Part shown: in pieces, positions 26,601-39,900 of the stretch
Layout of the letters: each line of letters opens with the position of its first letter
How positions within the stretch are numbered: the stretch's first letter is position 1
Origin: the human T2T-CHM13v2.0 reference genome, Homo sapiens
DNA length: 64,000 nt
Direction: 5' to 3' (one strand)
Assembly: GCF_009914755.1 (NCBI RefSeq)
Contig: NC_060927.1
Notes under the pieces: generated by a model
What the model was told of the DNA's origin: nothing
The model's database searches: none
The model's input: only the letters and a program-made list of their open reading frames with translations
Position numbers and translations under genes: made by a program

Positions 26601-29600
26601 GTCAAGAATTATAAGAAGAAATCCCGTTTCCAACGAAGGCCTCAAAGAGTTCCAAATATCCACTTGCACACTGCACAAACTAAGTCTTTCCAAACTGCTC
26701 TATGCAAAGAAATGTTCAACTCTGTGAGTTTAATACACACATCACAAAGCAGTTTCTGAGAATGATACTGTCTAGTTTTTATACGAAGATATTTCCTTTT
26801 GTACCATTGGCCTCATACTGCTAGAATTTTCCACTTGCAAATTCCACAAAAAGAGTGTTTCCAATCCGCTCTGTCTAAAGGAAGGTTCAACTCTCTGATT
26901 TGAATACATACATCCCAAAAGAAGTTACTGAGAATTCTTCTGTCTAGCATTATGTGAAGAAATCCCGTTTCCAACGAAAGCCTCAAAGAGGTCCAAATAT
27001 CCAGTTGCAGAATTTACAAACTGACTGTTTCCAAACTCATCTATGAAAAGAAAGGTTAAACTCTGTGAGTTGAATGCACATATCACAAAGTAGTTCCTGA
27101 GAATGATTCTGTCTAGTTTTCATACGAAGATATTTCCTTTTCCACCAATGGCCTCAAAGTGCTTGAAATCTCCCCTTGCAAATTCCACAGACAAGTGTTT
27201 CAAATCTGCACTGTCTAAAGGAAGGTTCAACCCTGTGAGTTGAATACACACACACAGAAAAAAATTCACTGAGAATTCTATTGTCTATCATTACACGAAG
27301 AAATCCCGTTTACCACGAAGGCCTCAAAGAGGTCCAAATATCCAGCTGCAGACATTACAAACTGAGTGTTTCCAAAGTGCTCTATGAAAAGAAGTGTTAA
27401 ACACTGTGAGTTCAATGCACACATCCCAAAGCAGTTTCTGAGAATGATTCCGTCTATTTTTTCTACGAAGATATTTCCTTTTCTGCCGTTGGCCTCAAAG
27501 CGCTTGAAATCTCCACTTGCAAATTCCACAAAAAGAGAGTTTCAAATCTGCTCTGTCTAAAGGAAGGTTCAACTCTGTGAGTTGAATACACACCACAAAA
27601 AGAAGTTACTGAGAATTCTTCTGTCTAGCATTATATGAAAAATCCCGTTTCCAACGAAGGCCACAAAGAGGTCCAAATATCCACTTGCAGATTCTGCAAA
27701 AAGAGTGTTTCCAAACTGCTCTATGAAAAGAAACGTTAAACTCTGTGAGTTGAACGCAAACATCACAAAGTAGTTTCTGAGAATGACTCCGTCTAGTTTT
27801 TATACGAAGATATTTCCTTTCCTACCATTCACTTCAAAGCGCTTGAAGTCTCCCCCTGAAAATTCCACAAAAAGTGTTTCCAATCTGCTCCGCCTAAAGG
27901 AAGCTTCAACTCTGTGACTTGAATACCCACAACCCAAAGAAGTTACTGAGAATTCTTCTGTCTAGCATTATATGAAGAAATCCCGTTTCCAACGAAGGCC
28001 TCAAATACATCCAAATATCCAGTTGCTGACTTTACAAACTGAGTGTTTCCAAACTGCTCTATGAAAAGAAAGGTTAAACACTGTGAGTTGAACACACACG
28101 TACCAAAGTAGTTTCTGAGAATGATTCTGTCTAGTTTGCATACGAAGATATTTCCTTTTCTACCATTGGCCTCAAAGCTCTGAAATCTCCACTTGCAAAT
28201 TCCACAAAAAGAGAGTTTCAAATCTGCTGTTTCTAAAGGAAAGTTCAACTCTGAGAGTTGAATACACACCAGAAAAAGCAGTTACTGAGAAGTCTTCTGT
28301 CTAGCATTATATGAAGAAATCCCATTTCCAACGAAGACTTCAAAGAGGTCCAAATATCCACTTGCAGATTCTGCAAAAAGAGTGTTTCGAAACAACTGTA
28401 TGAAAAGAAAGGTTAAACACTGTGAGTTGAACGCACACATTGCAAAGCGGTTTCTGAGAATGATTCCGTCTAATTATTATACGAAGGTATTTCCTTTTCT
28501 ATCATTGGCCTCAAAGCGCTTGATACCTCCACCTGAAAATTCCACAAAAAGAGTGTTTCCAATCTACTCTGTCTAAAGGAACGTTCAACTCTGTGAGTTG
28601 AATACACACACACAGAAAGAATTCACTGAGAATTCTTCTGTCTGGCATTACATGAAGAAATCCCGTTTCCAACGAAGGCCTCAAAGAGGTCCAAATATCC
28701 ACTTGCAGATTCTGCAAAAAGAGTGTTTCAAAACCGCTCCATTAAAAGGAATGTTGAACTCTGTGAGTTGAATGCAAACATCACAACTCAGTTTCTGAGA
28801 ATGCTTCTGACTAGATTTTATGGTAAGATATTTCCTTTTCTACCGTAGGCTTCAATGCCCTCTAAATACACCCTTGCAAATTCTACAAAGAGACTGTTTC
28901 ATAACTGCTCTATAGGAAGAAAGGTTGAACTCTGTGAGTTGAATGCAGAGATCACAACGTGGTTTCTGCGAATGATTCTTTGTAGTTTTTACATGAAGAT
29001 ATTTCGTTGTCAACCGTAGGCTTCAAAGCACTCAAAGTATTCACTTGGAACTTTTACAAAACGAGTGTTAGGAAACTGCTCTTTCCAAAGTAAGGTTCAA
29101 CTCTGTGAGTTGAATGCACACATAACAATCAAGAAGTTTCTGAGAATTCTTCTGTCCTGGTTTATATGAAAAAATCCCGTTTCCAACGAAGGCCTCAAAG
29201 ACGTTTAAATATCCACTTGCAGACTTCACAAACAGAGGGTTTCCAAACTGCTCTATGAAAAGAAAGGTTAAACTCTGTGAGTTGAACGCACACATCACAA
29301 AGTAGCTTCTGAGAATGATACTGTCTAGTTTTTATACGAAGATATTTCCTTTCTACCATTGGCGTCAAAGCGCTAGAATTCTCCACTTGCAAATTCCACA
29401 AAAAGAGTGTTTCCAATCTGCTCTGTCTAAAGGAAGGTTCAACTCTGTGAGTTGAATACACACACACAAAGAAGCTACTGAGAATTCTTTTTTCAAGAAA
29501 TTATAAGAAGAAATCCCGTTTCCAACGAAGGCCTCAAAGAGTTCCAAATATCCACTTGCACACTGCACAAACTAAGTCTTTCCAAACTGCTCTATGCAAA

Positions 29601-32600
29601 GAAATGTTCAACTCTGTGAGTTTAATACACACATCACAAAGCAGTTTCTGAGAATGATACTGTCTAGTTTTTATACGAAGATATTTCCTTTTGTACCATT
29701 GGCCTCATACTGCTAGAATTTTCCACTTGCAAATTCCACAAAAAGAGTGTTTCCAATCCGCTCTGTCTAAAGGAAGGTTCAACTCTCTGATTTGAATACA
29801 TACATCCCAAAAGAAGTTACTGAGAATTCTTCTGTCTAGCATTATGTGAAGAAATCCCGTTTCCAACGAAAGCCTCAAAGAGGTCCAAATATCCAGTTGC
29901 AGAATTTACAAACTGACTGTTTCCAAACTCATCTATGAAAAGAAAGGTTAAACTCTGGGAGTTGAATGCACATATCACAAAGTAGTTCCTGAGAATGATT
30001 CTGTCTAGTTTTTATACGAAGATATTTCCTTTTCCACCAATGGCCTCAAAGTGCTTGAAATCTCCCCTTGCAAATTCCACAGACAAGTGTTTCAAATCTG
30101 CACTGTCTAAAGGAAGGTTCAACCCTGTGAGTTGAATACACACACACAGAAACAAATTCACTGAGAATTCTATTGTCTATCATTACACGAAGAAATCCCG
30201 TTTACTACGAAGGCCTCAAAGAGGTCCAAATATCCAGCTGCAGACATTACAAACTGAGTGTTTCCAAAGTGCTCTATGAAAAGAAGTGTTAAACACTGTG
30301 AGTTCAATGCACACATCCCAAAGCAGTTTCTGAGAATGATGCCGTCTATTTTTTCTACGAAGATATTTCCTTTTCTGCCGTTGGCCTCAAAGCGCTTGAA
30401 ATCTCCACTTGCAAATTCCACAAAAAGAGAGTTTCAAATCTGCTCTGTCTAAAGGAAGGTTCAACTCTGTGAGTTGAATACACACCACAAAAAGAAGTTA
30501 CTGAGAATTCTTCTGTCTAGCATTATATGAAAAATCCCGTTTCCAACCAAGGCCACAAAGAGGTCCAAATATCCACTTGCAGATTCTGCAAAAAGAGTGT
30601 TTCCAAACTGCTCTATGAAAAGAAACGTTAAACTCTGTGAGTTGAACGCAAACATCACAAAGTAGTTTCTGAGAATGACTCCGTCTAGTTTTTATACGAA
30701 GATATTTCCTTTCCTACCATTCACTTCAAAGCGCTTGAAGTCTCCCCCTGAAAATTCCACAAAAAGTGTTTCCAATCTGCTCCGCCTAAAGGAAGCTTCA
30801 ACTCTGTGACTTGAATACCCACAACCCAAAGAAGTTACTGAGAATTCTTCTGTCTAGCATTATATGAAGAAATCCCGTTTCCAACGAAGGCCTCAAATAC
30901 ATCCAAATATCCAGTTGCTGACTTTACAAACTGAGTGTTTCCAAACTGCTCTATGAAAAGAAAGGTTAAACACTGTGAGTTGAACACACACGTACCAAAG
31001 TAGTTTCTGAGAATGATTCTGTCTAGTTTGCATACGAAGATATTTCCTTTTCTACCATTGGCCTCAAAGCTCTGAAATCTCCACTTGCAAATTCCACAAA
31101 AAGAGAGTTTCAACTCTGCTGTTTCTAAAGGAAAGTTCAACTCTGAGAGTTGAATACACACCAGAAAAAGCAGTTACTGAGAAGTCTTCTGTCTAGCATT
31201 ATATGAAGAAATCCCATTTCCAACGAAGACTTCAAAGAGGTCCAAATATCCACTTGCAGATTCTGCAAAAAGAGTGTTTCGAAACAACTGTATGAAAAGA
31301 AAGGTTAAACACTGTGAGTTGAACGCACACATTGCAAAGCAGTTTCTGAGAATGATTCCGTCTAATTATTATACGAAGGTATTTCCTTTTCTATCATTGG
31401 CCTCAAAGCGCTTGATACCTCCACCTGAAAATTCCACAAAAAGAGTGTTTCCAATCTACTCTGTCTAAAGGAACGTTCAACTCTGTGAGTTGAATACACA
31501 CACACAGAAAGAATTCACTGAGAATTCTTCTGTCTGGCATTACATGAAGAAATCCCGTTTCCAACGAAGGCCTCAAAGAGGTCCAAATATCCACTTGCAG
31601 ATTCTGCAAAAAGAGTGTTTCAAAACCGCTCCATTAAAAGGAATGTTGAACTCTGTGAGTTGAATGGAAACATCACAACTCAGTTGCTGAGAATGCTTCT
31701 GACTAGATTTTATGGTAAGATATTTCCTTTTCTACCGTAGGCTTCAATGCCCTCTAAATACACCCTTGCAAATTCTACAAAGAGACTGTTTCATAACTGC
31801 TCTATAGGAAGAAAGGTTCAACTCTGTGAGTTGAATGCAGAGATCACAACGTGGTTTCTGCGAATGATTCTTTGTAGTTTTTACAGGAAGATATTTCGTT
31901 GTCAACCGTAGGCTTCAAAGCACTCAAAGTATTCACTTGGAACTTTTACAAAAAGAGTGTTAGAAAACTGCTCTTTCCAAAGTAAGGTTCAACTCTGTGA
32001 GTTGAATGCACACATAACAATCAAGAAGTTTCTGAGAATTCTTCTGTCCTGGTTTATATGAAAAAATCCCGTTTCCAACGAAGGCCTCAAAGACGTTTAA
32101 ATATCCACTTGCAGACTTCACAAACAGAGGGTTTCCAAACTGCTCTATGAAAAGAAAGGTTAAACTCTGTGAGTTGAACGCACACATCACAAAGTAGCTT
32201 CTGAGAATGATACTGTCTAGTTTTTATACGAAGATATTTCCTTTCTACCATTGGCGTCAAAGCGCTAGAATTCTCCACTTGCAAATTCCACAAAAAGAGT
32301 GTTTCCAATCTGCTCTGTCTAAAGGAAGGTTCAACTCTGTGAGTTGAATACACACACACAAAGAAGCTACTGAGAATTCTTTTGTCAAGAAGTATAAGAA
32401 GAAATCCCGTTTCCAACGAAGGCCTCAAAGAGTTCCAAATATCCACTTGCACACTGCACAAACTAAGTCTTTCCAAACTGCTCTATGCAAAGAAATGTTC
32501 AACTCTGTGAGTTTAATACACACATCACAAAGCAGTTTCTGAGAATGATACTGTCTAGTTTTTATACGAAGATATTTCCTTTTGTACCATTGGCCTCATA

Positions 32601-34693
32601 CTGCTAGAATTTTCCACTTGCAAATTCCACAAAAAGAGTGTTTCCAATCCGCTCTGTCTAAAGGAAGGTTCAACTCTCTGATTTGAATACATACATCCCA
32701 AAAGAAGTTACTGAGAATTCTTCTGTCTAGCATTATGTGAAGAAATCCCGTTTCCAACGAAAGCCTCAAAGAGGTCCAAATATCCAGTTGCAGAATTTAC
32801 AAACTGACTGTTTCCAAACTCATCTATGAAAAGAAAGGTTAAACTCTGTGAGTTGAATGCACATATCACAAAGTAGTTCCTGAGAATGATTCTGTCTAGT
32901 TTTCATACGAAGATATTTCCTTTTCCACCAATGGCCTCAAAGTGCTTGAAATCTCCCCTTGCAAATTCCACAGACAAGTGTTTCAAATCTGCACTGTCTA
33001 AAGGAAGGTTCAACCCTGTGAGTTGAATACACACACACAGAAAAAAATTCACTGAGAATTCTATTGTCTATCATTACACGAAGAAATCCCGTTTACCACG
33101 AAGGCCTCAAAGAGGTCCAAATATCCAGCTGCAGACATTACAAACTGAGTGTTTCCAAAGTGCTCTATGAAAAGAAGTGTTAAACACTGTGAGTTCAATG
33201 CACACATCCCAAAGCAGTTTCTGAGAATGATGCCGTCTATTTTTTCTACGAAGATATTTCCTTTTCTGCCGTTGGCCTCAAAGCGCTTGAAATCTCCACT
33301 TGCAAATTCCACAAAAAGAGAGTTTCAAATCTGCTCTGTCTAAAGGAAGGTTCAACTCTGTGAGTTGAATACACACCACAAAAAGAAGTTACTGAGAATT
33401 CTTCTGTCTAGCATTATATGAAAAATCCCGTTTCCAACGAAGGCCACAAAGAGGTCCAAATATCCACTTGCAGATTCTGCAAAAAGAGTGTTTCCAAACT
33501 GCTCTATGAAAAGAAACGTTAAACTCTGTGAGTTGAACGCAAACATCACAAAGTAGTTTCTGAGAATGACTCCGTCTAGTTTTTATACGAAGATATTTCC
33601 TTTCCTACCATTCACTTCAAAGCGCTTGAAGTCTCCCCCTGAAAATTCCACAAAAAGTGTTTCCAATCTGCTCCGCCTAAAGGAAGCTTCAACTCTGTGA
33701 CTTGAATACCCACAACCCAAAGAAGTTACTGAGAATTCTTCTGTCTAGCATTATATGAAGAAATCCCGTTTCCAACGAAGGCCTCAAATACATCCAAATA
33801 TCCAGTTGCTGACTTTACAAACTGAGTGTTTCCAAACTGCTCTATGAAAAGAAAGGTTAAACACTGTGAGTTGAACACACACGTACCAAAGTAGTTTCTG
33901 AGAATGATTCTGTCTAGTTTGCATACGAAGATATTTCCTTTTCTACCATTGGCCTCAAAGCTCTGAAATCTCCACTTGCAAATTCCACAAAAAGAGAGTT
34001 TCAAATCTGCTGTTTCTAAAGGAAAGTTCAACTCTGAGAGTTGAATACACACCAGAAAAAGCAGTTACTGAGAAGTCTTCTGTCTAGCATTATATGAAGA
34101 AATCCCATTTCCAACGAAGACTTCAAAGAGGTCCAAATATCCACTTGCAGATTCTGCAAAAAGAGTGTTTCGAAACAACTGTATGAAAAGAAAGGTTAAA
34201 CACTGTGAGTTGAACGCACACATTGCAAAGCGGTTTCTGAGAATGATTCCGTCTAATTATTATACGAAGGTATTTCCTTTTCTATCATTGGCCTCAAAGC
34301 GCTTGATACCTCCACCTGAAAATTCCACAAAAAGAGTGTTTCCAATCTACTCTGTCTAAAGGAACGTTCAACTCTGTGAGTTGAATACACACACACAGAA
34401 AGAATTCACTGAGAATTCTTCTGTCTGGCATTACATGAAGAAATCCCGTTTCCAACGAAGGCCTCAAAGAGGTCCAAATATCCACTTGCAGATTCTGCAA
34501 AAAGAGTGTTTCAAAACCGCTCCATTAAAAGGAATGTTGAACTCTGTGAGTTGAATGCAAACATCACAACTCAGTTGCTGAGAATGCTTCTGACTAGATT
34601 TTATGGTAAGATATTTCCTTTTCTACCGTAGGCTTCAATGCCCTCTAAATACACCCTTGCAAATTCTACAAAGAGACTGTTTCATAACTGCTC

Positions 34694-36908
34694 TATAGGA
34701 AGAAAGGTTCAACTCTGTGAGTTGAATGCAGAGATCACAACGTGGTTTCTGCGAATGATTCTTTGTAGTTTTTACATGAAGATATTTCGTTGTCAACCGT
34801 AGGCTTCAAAGCACTCAAAGTATTCACTTGGAACTTTTACAAAAAGAGTGTTAGAAAACTGCTCTTTCCAAAGTAAGGTTCAACTCTGTGAGTTGAATGC
34901 ACACATAACAATCAAGAAGTTTCTGAGAATTCTTCTGTCCTGGTTTATATGAAAAAATCCCGTTTCCAACGAAGGCCTCAAAGACGTTTAAATATCCACT
35001 TGCAGACTTCACAAACAGAGGGTTTCCAAACTGCTCTATGAAAAGAAAGGTTAAACTCTGTGAGTTGAACGCACACATCACAAAGTAGCTTCTGAGAATG
35101 ATACTGTCTAGTTTTTATACGAAGATATTTCCTTTCTACCATTGGCATCAAAGCGCTAGAATTCTCCACTTGCAAATTCCACAAAAAGAGTGTTTCCAAT
35201 CTGCTCTGTCTAAAGGAAGGTTCAACTCTGTGAGTTGAATACACACACACAAAGAAGCTACTGAGAATTCTTTTGTCAAGAATTATAAGAAGAAATCCCG
35301 TTTCCAACGAAGGCCTCAAAGAGTTCCAAATATCCACTTGCACACTGCACAAACTAAGTCTTTCCAAACTGCTCTATGCAAAGAAATGTTCAACTCTGTG
35401 AGTTTAATACACACATCACAAAGCAGTTTCTGAGAATGATACTGTCTAGTTTTTATACGAAGATATTTCCTTTTGTACCATTGGCCTCATACTGCTAGAA
35501 TTTTCCACTTGCAAATTCCACAAAAAGAGTGTTTCCAATCCGCTCTGTCTAAAGGAAGGTTCAACTCTCTGATTTGAATACATACATCCCAAAAGAAGTT
35601 ACTGAGAATTCTTCTGTCTAGCATTATGTGAAGAAATCCCGTTTCCAACGAAAGCCTCAAAGAGGTCCAAATATCCAGTTGCAGAATTTACAAACTGACT
35701 GTTTCCAAACTCATCTATGAAAAGAAAGGTTAAACTCTGTGAGTTGAATGCACATATCACAAAGTAGTTCCTGAGAATGATTCTGTCTAGTTTTCATACG
35801 AAGATATTTCCTTTTCCACCAATGGCCTCAAAGTGCTTGAAATCTCCCCTTGCAAATTCCACAGACAAGTGTTTCAAATCTGCACTGTCTAAAGGAAGGT
35901 TCAACCCTGTGAGTTGAATACACACACACAGAAAAAAATTCACTGAGAATTCTATTGTCTATCATTACACGAAGAAATCCCGTTTACCACGAAGGCCTCA
36001 AAGAGGTCCAAATATCCAGCTGCAGACATTACAAACTGAGTGTTTCCAAAGTGCTCTATGAAAAGAAGTGTTAAACACTTTGAGTTCAATGCACACATCC
36101 CAAAGCAGTTTCTGAGAATGATGCCGTCTATTTTTTCTACGAAGATATTTCCTTTTCTGCCGTTGGCCTCAAAGCGCTTGAAATCTCCACTTGCAAATTC
36201 CACAAAAAGAGAGTTTCAAATCTGCTGTTTCTAAAGGAAAGTTCAACTCTGAGAGTTGAATACACACCAGAAAAAGCAGTTACTGAGAAGTCTTCTGTCT
36301 AGCATTATATGAAGAAATCCCATTTCCAACGAAGACTTCAAAGAGGTCCAAATATCCACTTGCAGATTCTGCAAAAAGAGTGTTTCGAAACAACTGTATG
36401 AAAAGAAAGGTTAAACACTGTGAGTTGAACGCACACATTGCAAAGCAGTTTCTGAGAATGATTCCGTCTAATTATTATACGAAGGTATTTCCTTTTCTAT
36501 CATTGGCCTCAAAGCGCTTGATACCTCCACCTGAAAATTCCACAAAAAGAGTGTTTCCAATCTACTCTGTCTAAAGGAACGTTCAACTCTGTGAGTTGAA
36601 TACACACACACAGAAAGAATTCACTGAGAATTCTTCTGTCTGGCATTACATGAAGAAATCCCGTTTCCAACGAAGGCCTCAAAGAGGTCCAAATATCCAC
36701 TTGCAGATTCTGCAAAAAGAGTGTTTCAAAACCGCTCCATTAAAAGGAATGTTGAACTCTGTGAGTTGAATGCAAACATCACAACTCAGTTTCTGAGAAT
36801 GCTTCTGACTAGATTTTATGGTAAGATATTTCCTTTTCTACCGTAGGCTTCAATGCCCTCTAAATACACCCTTGCAAATTCTACAAAGAGACTGTTTCAT
36901 AACTGCTC
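34694..36908 (-). repeat. HOR unit 13: 13-mer variant (2215 bp, 676-bp / 4-monomer deletion)
   Basis: The period drops to 2215 (ORF 34851 to 37066). At 36179-36226 the sequence passes from 'aaagcgcttgaaatc' directly to 'ctgctgtttctaaaggaaag', skipping roughly unit-1 positions 1534-2209. Confidence 0.93.
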
Positions 36909-39900
36909 TATAGGAAGAAAGGTTGAACTCTGTGAGTTGAATGCAGAGATCACAACGTGGTTTCTGCGAATGATTCTTTGTAGTTTTTACATGAAGATAT
37001 TTCGTTGTCAACCGTAGGCTTCAAAGCACTCAAAGTATTCACTTGGAACTTTTACAAAACGAGTGTTAGGAAACTGCTCTTTCCAAAGTAAGGTTCAACT
37101 CTGTGAGTTGAATGCACACATAACAATCAAGAAGTTTCTGAGAATTCTTCTGTCCTGGTTTATATGAAAAAATCCCGTTTCCAACGAAGGCCTCAAAGAC
37201 GTTTAAATATCCACTTGCAGACTTCACAAACAGAGGGTTTCCAAACTGCTCTATGAAAAGAAAGGTTAAACTCTGTGAGTTGAACGCACACATCACAAAG
37301 TAGCTTCTGAGAATGATACTGTCTAGTTTTTATACGAAGATATTTCCTTTCTACCATTGGCGTCAAAGCGCTAGAATTCTCCACTTGCAAATTCCACAAA
37401 AAGAGTGTTTCCAATCTGCTCTGTCTAAAGGAAGGTTCAACTCTGTGAGTTGAATACACACACACAAAGAAGCTACTGAGAATTCTTTTTTCAAGAAATT
37501 ATAAGAAGAAATCCCGTTTCCAACGAAGGCCTCAAAGAGTTCCAAATATCCACTTGCACACTGCACAAACTAAGTCTTTCCAAACTGCTCTATGCAAAGA
37601 AATGTTCAACTCTGTGAGTTTAATACACACATCACAAAGCAGTTTCTGAGAATGATACTGTCTAGTTTTTATACGAAGATATTTCCTTTTGTACCATTGG
37701 CCTCATACTGCTAGAATTTTCCACTTGCAAATTCCACAAAAAGAGTGTTTCCAATCCGCTCTGTCTAAAGGAAGGTTCAACTCTCTGATTTGAATACATA
37801 CATCCCAAAAGAAGTTACTGAGAATTCTTCTGTCTAGCATTATGTGAAGAAATCCCGTTTCCAACGAAAGCCTCAAAGAGGTCCAAATATCCAGTTGCAG
37901 AATTTACAAACTGACTGTTTCCAAACTCATCTATGAAAAGAAAGGTTAAACTCTGGGAGTTGAATGCACATATCACAAAGTAGTTCCTGAGAATGATTCT
38001 GTCTAGTTTTTATACGAAGATATTTCCTTTTCCACCAATGGCCTCAAAGTGCTTGAAATCTCCCCTTGCAAATTCCACAGACAAGTGTTTCAAATCTGCA
38101 CTGTCTAAAGGAAGGTTCAACCCTGTGAGTTGAATACACACACACAGAAAAAAATTCACTGAGAATTCTATTGTCTATCATTACACGAAGAAATCCCGTT
38201 TACTACGAAGGCCTCAAAGAGGTCCAAATATCCAGCTGCAGACATTACAAACTGAGTGTTTCCAAAGTGCTCTATGAAAAGAAGTGTTAAACACTGTGAG
38301 TTCAATGCACACATCCCAAAGCAGTTTCTGAGAATGATGCCGTCTATTTTTTCTACGAAGATATTTCCTTTTCTGCCGTTGGCCTCAAAGCGCTTGAAAT
38401 CTCCACTTGCAAATTCCACAAAAAGAGAGTTTCAAATCTGCTCTGTCTAAAGGAAGGTTCAACTCTGTGAGTTGAATACACACCACAAAAAGAAGTTACT
38501 GAGAATTCTTCTGTCTAGCATTATATGAAAAATCCCGTTTCCAACGAAGGCCACAAAGAGGTCCAAATATCCACTTGCAGATTCTGCAAAAAGAGTGTTT
38601 CCAAACTGCTCTATGAAAAGAAACGTTAAACTCTGTGAGTTGAACGCAAACATCACAAAGTAGTTTCTGAGAATGACTCCGTCTAGTTTTTATACGAAGA
38701 TATTTCCTTTCCTACCATTCACTTCAAAGCGCTTGAAGTCTCCCCCTGAAAATTCCACAAAAAGTGTTTCCAATCTGCTCCACCTAAAGGAAGCTTCAAC
38801 TCTGTGAGTTGAATACCCACAACCCAAAGAAGTTACTGAGAATTCTTCTGTCTAGCATTATATGAAGAAATCCCGTTTCCAACGAAGGCCTCAAATACAT
38901 CCTAATATCCAGTTGCTGACTTTACAAACTGAGTGTTTCCAAACTGCTCTATGAAAAGAAAGGTTAAACACTGTGAGTTGAACACACACGTACCAAAGTA
39001 GTTTCTGAGAATGATTCTGTCTAGTTTGCATACGAAGATATTTCCTTTTCTACCATTGGCCTCAAAGCTCTGAAATCTCCACTTGCAAATTCCACAAAAA
39101 GAGAGTTTCAAATCTGCTGTTTCTAAAGGAAAGTTCAACTCTGAGAGTTGAATACACACCAGAAAAAGCAGTTACTGAGAAGTCTTCTGTCTAGCATTAT
39201 ATGAAGAAATCCCATTTCCAACGAAGACTTCAAAGAGGTCCAAATATCCACTTGCAGATTCTGCAAAAAGAGTGTTTCGAAACAACTGTATGAAAAGAAA
39301 GGTTAAACACTGTGAGTTGAACGCACACATTGCAAAGCGGTTTCTGAGAATGATTCCGTCTAATTATTATACGAAGGTATTTCCTTTTCTATCATTGGCC
39401 TCAAAGCGCTTGATACCTCCACCTGAAAATTCCACAAAAAGAGTGTTTCCAATCTACTCTGTCTAAAGGAACGTTCAACTCTGTGAGTTGAATACACACA
39501 CACAGAAAGAATTCACTGAGAATTCTTCTGTCTGGCATTACATGAAGAAATCCCGTTTCCAACGAAGGCCTCAAAGAGGTCCAAATATCCACTTGCAGAT
39601 TCTGCAAAAAGAGTGTTTCAAAACCGCTCCATTAAAAGGAATGTTGAACTCTGTGAGTTGAATGCAAACATCACAACTCAGTTGCTGAGAATGCTTCTGA
39701 CTAGATTTTATGGTAAGATATTTCCTTTTCTACCGTAGGCTTCAATGCCCTCTAAATACACCCTTGCAAATTCTACAAAGAGACTGTTTCATAACTGCTC
39801 TATAGGAAGAAAGGTTGAACTCTGTGAGTTGAATGCAGAGATCACAACGTGGTTTCTGCGAATGATTCTTTGTAGTTTTTACATGAAGATATTTCGTTGT

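Larger units (their letters stand above)
1..34693 (-). repeat. HOR units 1-12, all canonical 17-mers (starts 1, 2892, 5783, 8674, 11565, 14456, 17347, 20238, 23129, 26020, 28911, 31803)
   Basis: The period is a constant 2891 bp, except unit 11 (2892 bp, +1 A near 29500). Units differ only by scattered SNVs. Confidence 0.95.
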
